From Phyllosticta citribraziliensis (taxonomy: Eukaryota): DNA of 64,000 nucleotides. Under the pieces are notes generated by a model. That model ran no database searches. It was not told the origin of the DNA and was given only the letters and a program-made list of their open reading frames with translations. The stretch spans positions 2,108,001 through 2,172,000 of the forward strand of contig NW_027117343.1 of the NCBI RefSeq assembly GCF_038025025.1, written 5' to 3'. Made by a program: the position numbers and the translations under genes. Every line of letters starts with the position of its first letter. Within the stretch, counting starts at the first letter, position 1. Of this stretch, positions 1-13,473 are shown in pieces.

Positions 1-1290
1 ACTGACAATGCGCGTCTTTTCCGCTGTATCCGCCGAATGCTCGAGGTACTTTGACAGGAGGTAAATGATCAAAGCACAGTCGTCGGTAGCCACGATACCC
101 GCTGGAGTGGGGTTGTGGGGTGGTGGGGACGGGAAGCGGGGAGGACACGCGGGCGGTGCGAGCCGCTACGGTGCGTTGGCGGCCGAGGCCCCATGGTGAG
201 TATACTTATTGCTGTTCGCTCTGGAATTTCAGAAATAGAGTGCTAATTCTTTTTCTGATCCCGTTTCTTGTAATTTCGAAAGGGCAGGTCTCGCGAAAGC
301 ACGAGCTGATACCCTTGAACAAGTTCTTCCAACCTCTTGCAAATAGCCACGGCTCGATTAATGTTAGTCGGCGGCTGGATCGGCTTTCTGTGGACCGAAG
401 ACTCTTGCAACAGCGAGTTCATTTGATCCTGTTCCAGACTGTCGCCCAAGACAGTTCCTGCTCTTCCGACCTCTAGAGATGTCGGATATCGTTGGAATCG
501 GAAATGCCGTTCCTCGAGAGACGAGTTTCGGCGCGCCCTCGGCCACGACGAATCCACCCAAAAAGACCGAGAGCAAGAGCAGGGAGATAGATGGTGTCAC
601 TGCCTGAAGACACAAAACGTGCGAGGAGTCATTTCTCGAATCTTCAAGGCAGAATAAGGCGTAATCGAGATTGGAAGGCCGACAGTTTGCTTTAGCGACA
701 ACGACTTGGCTACCCCGAGACAGCAAGTCAAGTGCTCGGAGGAGCATAGGAAAGGGAAGGTCAAACGCAGACTGAAGAGCCGTGAGAGGATCGGAGCGGC
801 TCAAAAGCGCCGATCCACAGCTGCAAGGTACCGTGTTTTCTGTCAGCAAAAGAAACGAGGCGGCTGTTCCACAAACCCAGCAGCTGCCAGCCCGACCACG
901 ATCAAGCAAGGGAGACAAACGCTCCCTCGATGGCCACCAAGAGTTGGACTGAGGAGTTGGAGAGTCGTGGAGATGGAGATTCGAAGAAAAAGGCCGAAGG
1001 TGGTGACTGTTGAGTATACCAGGCCAGAGCCAGACCATCTGCCGAGGACCCACCAGACTTGGTCGCTACAGGCTAGCCCGCCGACATGGACCTTCCAGCT
1101 GGGGTCTAGCACCAACCACCCGACTTGTGGACCTGACCAGCCCTCTATCTACATCATCGCACCCATGCCAGCTCGACATGATGCCGCGATCTCCCTCCCC
1201 ACCCGCTCGTCCACATCCAACATTGAAATTGGTCGCTCCCTTGGCCGGCCTTGCTGCAAGAGCTAGACGCCACACGTTTGGGTCATCATC

Positions 1291-3117
1291 ATGGCTTTGA
1301 CCCGTCTCGCGGCATTGCTCTGCCTCCTGCATACTGGACATGCTCTCCGCGTCTCGCGTCTCTCTGCAGACATCCGGGAACAGGTCTGCGTTGGCCCCAA
1401 CTGTTTCCTTGCCAGGCCGACTGACTCCATCCAGACAAAGTCCTCTAGCACCAAGACCAACCATCTCGATGTAGACCCGACCACCCTGTACCCTGCCTAC
1501 AACATCTCGGTGCCGATAGACCACTTCCACAATGACTCAATATACGAGCCGCACAGCAATGAGACATTCAGCCTGCGCTACTGGTTTGACGCCTCACATT
1601 ACGAAACTGGTGGACCTGTCATTGTGCTCGAGAGCGGAGAGACAAGTGGAGAGGGTCGCCTGCCGTTCCTTCAAAAGGGTATTCTTTACCAATTGGCCAA
1701 GGCCACTCATGGAATAGGCGTTGTTTTGGAGCATCGCTACTACGGAGAGAGCTGGCCGGTCCCGGACCTTAGCACCGAAAACCTTCGCTTCCTGACCACC
1801 GACCAAGCTCTGGCCGACACCGTTTACTTCGCCAAGAATGTTCGGTTTCCCGGTCTTGACAATCTCACCTTGACCGCTCCTGACACGCCTTACATTGCAT
1901 ACGGTGGCTCATACGCCGGCGCCTTTGTCGCCTTTCTCCGCAAACTCTACCCTGAGATTTTCTTTGGCGCTATCTCATCCTCGGGGGTGACGGAGGCTAT
2001 TTATGACTACTGGGAGTATTTCGAGGCTCAGAGGCTGCATGCTCCACAAAATTGTGTCAAGACCACACAGGAATTGACCAATGTGGTGGACAACATCCTC
2101 ATTGGCAAAAATCAAACATCGTACGAGGCCAAGCTCAAGGAAGCCTTTGGGCTTGGAAACTTGACTTACAATGACGATTTTGTCAATTTACTCAGCTACG
2201 GCATCTCCGGCTGGCAGAGCCGTAACTGGGATCCGGAAGAAAATGACCCATCCTTCTCAGAATACTGCGCCAACATTACCTCTGATTCACTGCTGTATCC
2301 CGGCACCGCAGCCTTGAACTCCACGGCCTACGACTTGCTGGACGCCGGTGGATACTCCGAGCAAGCGTCTCGTCTCGCGCCTCGCTTGCTAAACTTCATA
2401 GGCTATGTCAACCTTACCCAAGTCTCCCAATGCGTCGGCAAATCGCAGGACTACTGCTTTTCCAACCACAACGCCACGTACTATGCGCAAGACGACATTT
2501 CTCAGACCTGGCGCGCTTGGCCGTATCAGTATTGCACCCAGTATGTCGTCCAATCGCTGTGATTCCGAATATGTGGCTGACTCGGATATTCAGATGGGGC
2601 TACCTTCAGACCGGTAGCGGTGTGCCGAGTGACCAACTACCCCTGGTATCCCGTCTGCTTGACCTTGACTATCTCTCCATTGTTTGCCGGGATGCGTTCA
2701 ATATCACGACCCCACCAGATGTTGACTCTATCAACAAATATGGAGGCTTCGACATTAGCTACCCTCGCCTTGCAATTGTAGACGGAGAAGCTGATCCCTG
2801 GCGCCAAGCTACCCCCCACGCCTCCGTTGCGCCTAACAGGACCTCAACGGTCAGCGAGCCTTTTATCCTGATTCAGGATGCTGTTCACCACTGGGATGAG
2901 AACGGCCTCTTTCCCAATGAGACTAAGCCGGATCTCCCACCTTCCCCAGTAGCAAGTGCTCAGCAGGCAGAGCATGACTTTGTGTTGGAATGGCTCAAAG
3001 AGTGGTCTTCTGAGCGTAACTACAGAGGTATGTTCTTTCAGTAATCAGAATGTTGTACCTTGATGCTGACCGGCAGTTTCAGAACGGAATTCAAAGCAGG
3101 CAAGGCTGCAACAATGA
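1291..3117 (+). CDS. Secreted serine carboxypeptidase, peptidase family S28
   Basis: Signal-peptide-like N-terminus MALTRLAALLCLLHTGHA. S28 motifs PIDHF, LEHRYYGES, DQALAD, nucleophile GGSYAG and HHWD. Introns: 2541-2593 (GTATGT..GCTGAC..CAG, joins CTQ/WGY), probable in-frame 1384-1434, and probable terminal 3028-3076. Without the terminal intron the stop is at 3044. Confidence 0.92.
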
Positions 3118-5114
3118 TGGCCCAATGTGCGGACTCTTATTCGCATCTCGTCTTCGCAATTCAGACCGCATGATATCCTCAGTGTCGTGCACGCTTGAGC
3201 CACGAGCTCTCTCCCGGGTTTGGGAGATGTATCCCAGTCTTCAGTGCTACTGTTTTGGGCACGGGGAGCATTCAAGGTCGACGCCAGTCCCGATGAGCAA
3301 ATAATACGCGAATTCATGTCAAATCCATATGGGTGAAAGCCTCCAAGCTCCGCTAAAGCCAAGGTCTTATCCGCGAGACAGGCTCGCAACTCGCAGTTGC
3401 GCGTTGGACAGTCGCAGAAAGGACCTCTGCTCCCTTGCCGGACCAAGCTTTCGCGGATGTCGTGCGCAAACGGGGATCCCTTGAACTTTAAATTGGCGAC
3501 TCATGAAAATGGTCTGATTTTGTCCCCCGCCAAACACCATGATCTTCAACCTTCTCCACGTGCCAACCGGCATTCTCGCGTGCGTCCGCAAATCACAAAC
3601 ACCCATCTGCTTTTGTGTTGAGCCTTGAATTTTGTGCGCGGGCTTCTAGAATCGTGAGAGGGACAAAATGTCTACATTCTCTGCACCGTTCTGGTGACAC
3701 TCGCACCGAATACCTTTGATCACAATGTCGAGCGGCAGTGACGTATCGAAATTCAACTTCTCGCGGCACGAAGAATCAACCCACGAGCATCTTCTCCTTG
3801 CTTCAGGACCACGTGAGAAGGAGCAAAAGACCGGGGAGTTCCAAAAGTGCAACTGAGAGTGGTTCGAGTGTGGCACGCGTGGAAACTCTCGGCCGTCAAT
3901 CTGGTCCCGATCTTGACAGCCGCATCAAGGAGATCGCCATCGAGGGCCCAAGAGGGCGTTCCCACAAGCGTCGGTCCAGTCCCTGCTGCCCGGATCCTGG
4001 GCCGCTGGCAGATAGTTTAAACGGCCGAACAACCACGACCCCTTGCCTGTGTGGGGGATTCAAGACCGGGATTTTTTCGAAAAAGGTGAGCAGCAGCGTC
4101 TCGGTCCGGGACGCCTGGTGCCCAACATGCAACCTGATGCGCGCGTGGAGAAGCATGGTCTGCGTGCATGGGGTGATTCTGGTTCTGAACAGGGCCTGTT
4201 GATATCGACTTTGTCTGCTCATGAGTGGCCACTGACATCAGGGGTTGGCGGCTCTCCCTCGACATGCCTGCTAGCTTGACCGAGACGCTATGTCAGCTCT
4301 GCACGTGGAGCAGTTCGCTGGCATGGGGGAGACAAGGGTTCCAGGTCTTGGTCGCGGGCCCAAGAAAGGAACAAACGGTCGTTGTTCTGCGCCTCGTATT
4401 GGACTGGCTAGATGATTGGTTCATCGTCTCGGTAGCCGGTAGTAGGAGTGTTGTCTTTGTGGTCATTTCATAGGAAAGAGAGGACATGGCACATGTGGAT
4501 ATGAGGAAGTTGTGGAGAAGGTGGAACAGTTGGGCATGCCTGGAGAGACGACGTAGTCCGTCTACCAGGCTCCAGGGCGCCCACCTGTCCGCTTCAGCCA
4601 CAGGCCAAGGCCGTCGCAACGAGGCCAACAGACTGGTTGGTCGTCCGTGGGCTTTGTCAAAGCTTACAGATGTCAACAAGCGACCAAGCTATAGCTCGAG
4701 ACCCTTGGTGGACCCTTCCCAGCCGCTCGACCCGTCTAGCAATGTCTGATTCGGCCATTCTCCCGCGCGGTTCGGGACATATTTCACGGTTAGGACCGAT
4801 CGTCGCAAAGCAGGGGCAGAGTTAATTCCATGTCGCCTTTGGAAAGCCATGTCGGATCAAACCGGTCGTCCCTTACGCTGCGAGGCTCGTGCAGAGCAAG
4901 GCAAGAGGGTTGGGGCCCGTCTCATGGGTCCCCACTGTATATAGCAGAGGCAGAAGGTCGCAGGTGGTGATATAGTGGCGAAGGCCAGCAATACTGCGGG
5001 ATCCACGCTTTTCCTAATTTGCACCAACTGCCGCATCCGTTATAAGGCCCACCAGCGCACGTTTAGTGACACAACAGTACCCGTTGAGAATGGACATCCA
5101 CTTCCCCACGTAAA

Positions 5115-8033
5115 ATGCAAGTTTCGGCGACAAAGGTCCCAAAGCCCGTCGGCGGCGTCAACGGCGTCGCTCCAGAGGGTCTCTCCAACGGAGCTTCTGT
5201 CCCCAAAGCGCAAAAAGCGCGCCATCGGGCCTCGATTGCGTGCGCGTCGTGTCGAGATCGGCGTATTCGCGTAGGTTGCTTTCCAGGCGCCTGGTAACTG
5301 ACGACTGACGCCCTCCAGTGCGTTATCAACCCGGGAGAGAAGGAGTGTGTGAATTGCAAGCGGACAGGCGCTGCCTGCGTCATCAAGAATGACGACGAGC
5401 GAAGGAAGTAAGTGGTGCCGCGGCGTGCCCCTAACCGCCGCGACCGAGGCCGCGCGCCGTTTGTCCCTCCTCCGTGGCTTGCGAGCTTGTGTAACTGACA
5501 CTCCGACTACAAGACCCATATCGCGCGCCTACGTCGCCTCCCTCACCGACCGCATAGCTCTCCTCGAGGAGCTGCTACGAAAAAAGGGCATCGAGCCGCC
5601 ACCTGCGATCCACCCCCCAAAGATCAGGCCCGGCCTTCCAGGCAGCGAAGATACATCTCCGGAGCGAAGGAAAAGCGATTCGGAGTTGTCTACAAATGGC
5701 TTCGGCGAAGAGCATGGGCGGAGCGAGTCGGAAGACGGTGCTTGCGGAGACTTTTCGATAGATGAGCGAGCTCTACGGCAGGTTCCACAAACGAAGCTGT
5801 GTTTGCCAACAGGGGAGCGCAGGAGCATTGTGAGCACAGTCTTGTCAAGCAGAGGACACTTGGGGTTGGATCCGACGACGGGCTGCGTTCGATATTTTGG
5901 CTCCATGATGAACTGGTCGGATGCCATCAACGCCACGGCGGCAAAGGAAACGCGGTTGGACCACACCCGGCGGGGCTCCAAGACATTGAAGCACCTGCCC
6001 CAGGAGACGCACGAATACCTCCTTGACCTGTTCTTTGGGCACTACAACTCTGTCTTGCACACCGTTCACCAGGAAGCCTTCTTGCACGACTATGAGCATG
6101 GCCGCTCTCAGTTCTACTCGCCTTTCCTCCACCTTGCCATCTTATCCGTTGCGTATCGGTATTCGGATAAGTCACGACCGGACATTCAAAAACTCACTGT
6201 GGCTCCGCGAGAAAGCACCTTTTACAACGAGGCAAAATTCATGCTGGACGTAGAGCTGGAGACGCCGGGCGGGATACCTCAGATACAAGCGCTTTTGTTG
6301 CTAGCCAACTGCGAGTGCGTAGTAGGGCGGGATCATTCTGGCTGGTTGCTGTCAGGAATGGCTGTCAGGCTTGCCTTTGACGTTGGACTCCACCTGGACA
6401 CGCGGGCTTCTGGACTGTCAGAAAGAGAAAGCGAGGTCCGCTCACTCACACTTTGGGCTTGGTGAGTATTTCCGTGTCTTGTCCCCATGAGTGTACTAAT
6501 GGTATCAGCGTCGTATTCGACAAGTATTGGTCAATGTTTCTCGGCCGGCCAACTTCAATCAAAACGGCGGATCTGGAAGTCTACACTTTGGCCAAACGAT
6601 TCGAACGACTAGGGACGTGCATGCCCAACGGCTCCGAGCCGTCACTGGAAACCAAAACCTACGAGGCACTCATTGAGTTGATGGAGATTGGAAACAGAGC
6701 ATCCGACATTGTGCAAAAACACCCTTCGCCCAACCCAGCCGACCGAGATCTTTACCGCCAGCTGGCTGTTCTGGACAAGGAGCTGACGTTGTGGTACGCA
6801 CGTCTTCCTCAAGAGCTCAAGTGGGAGCAAGAAAATATCAGCGACGGCCACCGCGCCTTTTTCATTCTCCACCAGCAATATCACTGTGTCCACATCTCGC
6901 TCCGCAGACCGTTTGCTCGATACGAGGACATTGAGTCGGAGGACCCGGCTTCCAAGGAATTTGCCGCAGATAGCACAGCCGTGTCGTCCCGTAAGGCGTG
7001 TACGTCGCACGCCATTGCCGTCGTCAAGAACTTTTGGCAGTACCGACAACGATTTCCCTTGTGGCAGATATTCTGTGGAGCCTTGGCAAGCGCTGTACGT
7101 TTACCAATGAGATTTTCATTTTTTGAGATCGTGCTAACACCTTTCTAGGGAACTGCGTGCACCGCACTCGTAGCTGAGCTCGCCGCTGTGCGCGAGACCA
7201 AGGAGCGCAACAACATCCTGAAATTCATCAAGTGCATGGTCGTCGTTCTGGGCGAAATGTCCAGCACCTTTTGCCCAGCCGAGCGCATGTGCATGATCCT
7301 CCAACACGTCCTCTCTGAAATCAACCAAAAGAGCCCGCCACGAGACAACTCAATCGTCCCCGCCTCGCGTCAACCAACCGACGACGGCGAGACGCAAACA
7401 TCCTTCAAGCGGCCGCGCCAGCGCTCGCAAACTCGACCCAACAGGGCCTCAGACGCCGGGATGGATCCGCCCCAACTGAACGGCAATGTCGTCAACGCCG
7501 GCAACGCCTCGCCACTCTCAGATCCGCAGTCCGACTCATCAGGCAACGGCGATTTCTCAACAACGCCTATCTTTCCGCCGCCAAACGGCACGACGGGCAG
7601 CGTGTGGCAGTTTCCCAGCAGCGCAGACGTCAGCGCGTCCATGGTCATGAACGGCGCCGCAGCGCTCTCGGGATCCTCCAACGCCTCCGCCGCTGCCGCC
7701 GCCGTGCAAATGGCGCCGGCGCAGGCCTTGCACAATGGCTGGACCATGGCCGGATCTGCGCCAACCGCGACAACCATGCCCGACACGTCGTGGATGAGCT
7801 ATCCCAGCTTCGCGGCTTTTGCGGACGGCGCTGCCCCTGGCCAACACCATCTCGACGTCGGTCTCTCGTTGAGCGATGGCTCCACGACTGCCGCGTGGCC
7901 GAATTGGCACCCCCACTCGCATCCGCATCCACATCCGCATGGCACTGCGTCGGTACATCATCCGCAGTGCCAGTGTGCGGCGTGTCAGGGGGTCGACAGG
8001 AGGGACGCGATGGCGCCGACGAATGGCTGTTGA
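5115..8033 (+). CDS. Zn(II)2Cys6 binuclear cluster transcription factor with fungal-specific TF domain (NirA-like architecture)
   Basis: Splicing introns 5271-5318 and 5408-5513 rebuilds CASCRDRRIRC-VINPGEKECVNCKRTGAAC (six Cys) followed by the coiled coil YVASLTDRIALLEELL. Middle homology region GMAVRLAFDVGLH...DKYWSMFLGRP. Further introns at 6462-6508 and 7095-7148. TATA-like GTATATAG near 4937. Confidence 0.9.
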
Positions 8034-8117
8034 GATGGACCCAGGCAGGAGCCGGACTGATGGATTGAGGAACAACACTTCCTTCATGAGGATTCACGGG
8101 TTTTCCTGTTTCATTTG

Positions 8118-8138
8118 CCGCCGCCGCCGCCGCCGCCG
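8118..8138. repeat. (CCG)7 microsatellite
   Basis: Read directly; lies just downstream of the transcription factor stop codon. Confidence 0.9.
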
Positions 8139-8989
8139 CGCTGCTCTCTTTATCCTGCGTTGCGGTCACCTCACCTCGCCTTACCTCCCTCCCCATTCCT
8201 TCTCTCCCCAATCTTTCCAGCGACCACAGCTCTGGCGTCTCTCTCTCTCTCCTTCAGCGCGCGCGGTCGGCTGCTGCCGACTCCCATTTCTCTCCTTCCC
8301 TCTCCTGGCCTCGTTTCCCTTCTGGTGGCGAACAACCTCTCAGGCGGAAGTCTCGGCGGTGGTGGCGATCTCCTCCGAACTTTTCCTTGTCCCTATTCCA
8401 TTTTTTCCCTGCCCTTTCTCAACCACGCCCCTTTCTACTTCCAATAGTGAGTCTTGCGTGCGTGTCGGAGAAGAAAAGAAAAAGTTCGGTTCGCCACGTT
8501 GCTGGTGGTGGCGGCGGCGATGGCGATGGCGGCGTTGAGCGCTGTGGCGTTTTTTCTTCTTGTGCGATTTCATTTCTTGTCTATTTTCTGTTCCTTTCCT
8601 TTTCCTTGGAGCCTTTTCGTCTTTCTTGTCTCATCTTCATTGGGCTGTTTGCCTGGCGAGCGATGAAAAAATTGATGGGGCTGAGTTTTTCAGATATGGC
8701 GTATGTCGGTTGCGGAAAGAAGAGAAATGATATGACCCGTTTGAGGGTGAATGAATGCTTGAGATGATGCTTGATGTCTAGGTTGTGATTGTGTTTTTGG
8801 CCTACATGTGCTCTGATTTGGTAGACTGGGTGGTTTCTACTCGGTGCCTGGGCTGCTCCTGAACCCTTGCGAGAGGAACGTGCCTGATACCATCCACCGT
8901 GGATTCTTTTGATGTATATACCTGCCGTACTCATCGCTAACAGGACCAAAATACTCCAATGGGTTTGATTTGCTCCTCCTCTCTTTTTT

Positions 8990-9855
8990 TCAACCCAAGC
9001 TCCCTTCAACCATCCTCCGCCCATGCGCCCTCACCACTTCATCCAGCAAGTCCCTCATCCGCTTGCACCCATCCACGCCCACCGCCAACATGGGCTCCAG
9101 CCGTGCCAGCGGTGCCTTGGTCTCCATAACGCACACGGCCACGCGCTCCGTGTCGCCATGACAGGCAACGGTCAAAAACGGCACGTCGGACTCTTCGAGG
9201 GCGTTGAGGTCGAGCAAGGGATCCGCGCCCTCGTTGTTGGCGTCGTTGGACACGATTCCTGATGTACACGCGACCAAGTAGTCGGACATGGGCACGCCGG
9301 CGTCGATGAGGGCCAGCGTGGCGGCGTTGATGCAGGCGGCGAGCAGCGAGCCGTCTTGAGAGAGGATGTGCAGCGAGATGGTGATAGTGCTGTGTGGGTA
9401 GCGCGATGTGTGCAGGGTCGAGGCGAAGGCAGAGTGTAGTGTATGTTGCATTTCGGCGGTGCGTCTGCGGTGTGAAGCGTCAGTCAAGATCCATCCATCC
9501 ACCTATCCACGGCCTGGCATCTGTCCAGGACATCAGTGCAGGAGAATGAGACTCACTTGTCGCCCCTGGTCCTCCTCTTGCGATCCACCCCACTGAAGCC
9601 TGCGAAACCTATCTCGACCTCGATATTTGCCCTGTCGCCGTCCGCGCCGCCGCCTGCCGCTCCCGTCGGTGCACGGCGACCCTCTGTTGGTCCTGTCACC
9701 ACGCAGACCACTTTCGTATTGCCCATCTCCAGGTATGCGGAGCCGTCGGCTGCGGCTTGCGTGCTAATTTGCGCATTCACCCGGCGCAGCTCGTTCCATC
9801 GCCGGCCGTCCAGGCGGAGCAGCGCGAGCGAGTAGGCCGATGTGTCGAGAGGCAT
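8990..9855 (-). CDS. RRP41: Exosome core subunit Rrp41/Ski6 (RNase PH family)
   Basis: RLDGRRWNELR, ADGSAYLEMGNTKV and QDGSLLAACINAATLALIDAG motifs. One intron, 9465-9556 (GTGAGT..CTGAC..CAG). Confidence 0.95.
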
Positions 9856-10691
9856 TGGGAAGTACGGAGGGGAGGAAGAACGCGTCGAGGGGCGCAGCGA
9901 GGATGCTAGAAGGAGTCTCTAGCTGGGCGAGTCGAGGAGAAAGCGGGTATCGTGGTGCTGGCGTGGTTATGGGAGTTGAGGAGGTGGAGGTAGGTTTGGT
10001 GGTAAGGCTGATGAAATTCGCTTTGCCCGCGACGCGGGTGATCGACGGCGCTAGCAACTAGCGTAAAGTGGGGTGACGTTTGACGCGCTCCGCTAGCTTT
10101 TTCTTCTTCTTTCCCGGCTGTGTTCCTTTTCATCGCACTTTTGTGAGGTGTCAGACAGCAACATTGAATGCGCCAGTTCGTCCGTCAATGGCGGGCTTTC
10201 ATTTCCATCGCCATCGTTATTTGCATTACTTATCTACCTCCATCTCTTCCTAGAGTCACTGTCCTCCCATAATGGCGCCGATCCATTCGTCACCGCGCGT
10301 GGGCGCCACCCCCCATGAGCTGAGACGTTCGAAACGGCAGCTTCGAAATACTTAAGACGTGGTGTGACTTCCATGTATTTGGCTGACCTGGCCGCGGAAG
10401 GAACTTTCCAGACAATTATGATGACCTTCAATCAAGGGGCTGCACTGATGCTGTCCAACTCTTCCAAATGGAGCATTGAACACTCCAGGGGACACGAACT
10501 TGGACTCCGTTTGTGGCGGAAGACGACGGCCCAGATTTACGTTCTCAAGCTCAAACCTGAAGGGCATATCAAGCGAGACATTCTCTGGACTGTTTTGATG
10601 GTGTCGTCCAATCCTGGTCCACATAAGGCTCGGAAAGTTCTCGTGTTATCTCTGCCCTAGGCATCTCATCCCACCACTTTTCAAAATTGTC

Positions 10692-11799
10692 ATGACCGCT
10701 CAAAGTCGCACATGGACTATCGACGCCCCAAGAAAACTCCCCCAAATTTCTCGTTCTACCCCGGAACCCGACCCGGCTAGGCGCTCATTCGCATGGCTGC
10801 CATATCGCTTCACCACGGAAGATTTGTAGTTGACCACTGGCCCGACTGAGAGACGTACCCTGCACCACAATAGACAGGCCCAGTTTGGACAGAACGCGTC
10901 GGCACACACGTCTTGCTTCACCCAAACAGGCAGATGTGATGGGAACATTCTCAGACGGAAGGCTTTGGCGCTGGCAAATGCGACGGCTTCTTGCAGCAAT
11001 ACATCGTGCTGAAGAATGCGGTGTTGCTGCGTGCGCCGACCAGTGTCAGTCTGGCCGAGGCGGCCTCGCACGCCACAACAGAGCTGATTTCTAGCAACAC
11101 ACCATTGTTCAAAGGGCCGATGGCGGCAGGAAACAGAGTCACCGTGTGGACTCAGGGGAGCGGCGGTGTGAGCCGCTTGGCGAACCAGGTGAGTTTCGAT
11201 AGCTGCTTTGTTTTGTCACTTGGTCCCGCGTATTTCTTCTGCTCTGCTCGTTGATCATCATGGCGCCATGTCGACGGCACGTCCGATTACGATGCTGATG
11301 TCAGACGAGCTGTTTCAGCCGCGGGTGCTACCGTCAAGGCAATGTCTTCGTCTGACGAGAAGCTTGAGCTTGTCAAGGAACTCGGCGCCAAGCACAAAGT
11401 TGATCACAAAAGGCTCCCAGGAAAAGGCGTCGATCATTTTATGGACACTGACGGCTCCTAGACCACTGAGCAATGGTCGAAGAGCGTCAAAAACGGCGAC
11501 CTGTCGTGCCGACTTGGCAGGGAGTCAGGGTTGATTCCTCTCATTTGGTGAGGAGGCAAGACTGGCGCACGATTGAATATGCCGACAGAGGATCCGAGAC
11601 CCAAGCTGACCCGTACCTAGTTCGAGTCGATGGATGTGGGAGTGCAGAGACGAATTGGCGATTCGTCGAGTTTATCGAAGAGCACGACATTCGACCAGTG
11701 GTTGGCAGCACGTTCTTGTTTGACGGCGCACCACAGGCGCTGGCCACGCTGCAAAAGCAAAAGCAAAAACGAGATTGTCAAGGTTGTTATCAAGATTGA
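10692..11799 (+). pseudogene. Decayed medium-chain dehydrogenase/reductase (zinc-type alcohol dehydrogenase-like) pseudogene
   Basis: Collinear fragments across shifting frames: PG*ALIRMAAISL..VVDHWPD*, VLLHPNR..*, FGAGKCDGFLQQYIVL..LLRAPTSVSLAEAAS, TVWTQGSGGVS, AAGATVKAMSSSDEKLELVKELGAKH..GKGVDH..GS*, FIEEHDIRPVVGSTFLFDGAPQAL. In-frame stops include 10778-10780 and 11459-11461. Relic intron donor GTGAGT at 11189. Confidence 0.8.
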
Positions 11800-13473
11800 A
11801 AAGTGACGGTGGCACAAGACTCACACCTCGTGGCATGTTGGCTTTTGGTGCGGCTAGCAACGCAAGGGGGCTGAATGCTTCCTAACAGTTGGTAAGCGAT
11901 TCTGGATTGAGCAATTTGATCATCCATTTCGCAGAGATCGAGGAGAGGTGTGGAGAGGAGGTTGCTACTGATAATGACGTGACCTAGGCGAGTCGAGACC
12001 GTCACAGGGATAACAACAGCGGGCAGATATTGTGCGTCGAGCATTTGCATGGCAGCGTGCAGAGCACATGACGCTGAAAAATTCGCCGGAGACTTTGACC
12101 GCAACAACGACGTTCGCAATCCAGATGGCGGTCGGGCAGGATTGCCGCCGCAGCTTGCTCGTGAAGTGCACAGATACGAAGCTCGCAACACACAACAGCA
12201 GCATTGTGGTTGCAACAGCACAAAAAATCGACAGCGGGTACAGGAAGATTGCATCGCTATCGATGGCATAATTTTTGTGTCAGAGGACCGGACGGCCGCG
12301 TTGCCGTTGCATCATGGGAGAGCGATGAGCCAGTCAGCATCTTGTTTCGGCCACAATGGAGGCCGAGGGCGCGAACAAGGACCGCAAGCAGTCAGCTTGT
12401 GCGGCACAAGTTGGCCGTTTGCAGAAAAAGGGACAGCACAAGTCGAGTTGCAAGGCACGTGGAAGCGACAATTGATCCGTGTAACCTGCAGCGACACATT
12501 GACCCCTCAACTATCAAGACTTGGGTTCTCTCCGACTCTTTATGCTGCTTCTTGGATTGAAGATGGCAGCGACCATCCGACGTCGCACACGGAGAGAAGC
12601 GCCGCGCTAGTCGGCTAACCGGCACGCGCGCGACGGTCCGCATGACGGGAAGCCATCCATCAGCCATTGGTGATGATATGATGGTGGTGGTTTTGTGGCG
12701 CATCTCCATGGCCTGGTGAAGGCGGCTCGGCTGTGATTGCTCGCGGGCCCCAATTGGGTCGAGGAGCTGGTGGCTTTGGCCCTCTGCCTTCCCCACTGCT
12801 CATCACCCCCAAGTTCAGTTCGGCAAAGGCGACCAAGAGGGAGCAGAGGGTGGGGCCCGTGTGCCTTGTGCTACGCGCATCCTGGAGATCGCCCGAGCGG
12901 TGGGTTGCAGGTGGTTGGGAGCGTCCGCCAGCTCGGCATCTGGCTTCGTGCTCTGTCCGAGCCTGTGGAATGGGACGACGAGCAGAGACGCCATGGGACC
13001 GCCAGAAATTGACTTCCCGGCTTTTACACAATCGCCGTCCTTTTTTCCATTGCTTTGCTTCAAGAGCCACCCTGCCATGCAATCTCTTTGCGCCCTGCCT
13101 ACGTTTGCGCCGCGTCAACGTCTGCCTTTTGGCGCACATCTCTTTCCTCCGTCTTCACAGCCTCGGTGACGGCAAGAGCGCCCATTCATTTCGTCCCCTT
13201 TGCATCTGTAGGCCGCACAGCTTACCTGCATGCTGCCTGCACTGGTACTGCCCGCGGCGACGGAAGCTAGTCTCAGCCTCATCACGACACCACTGGCACC
13301 GCCAAGCCAAAGCCTGCCTCTGCAGCTGCTGTTGCTGCCAGGTAGCATTAGATAAAAGCTGGCAGCAAGCCTTCCGAGTCCCAGATTCCCCCATTTAGCT
13401 CAATTGCCACTTTTCCCCGACCTCTGCCGCCTCGACCCCTTCTGGCCGCTGCAGTGAACTTTCGCAGCCGGCC

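Noticed and set aside
1..1266. ORFs 364-1053 (-), 706-1266 (+) and 243-557 (-)
   Set aside because: No protein motifs or codon bias. More likely promoter or 5' leader sequence of a minus-strand gene lying outside the window.
3118..5100. Short ORFs between the peptidase and the transcription factor (e.g. 3738-4202)
   Set aside because: Mostly non-ATG starts, no domain similarity and no consistent splice model.
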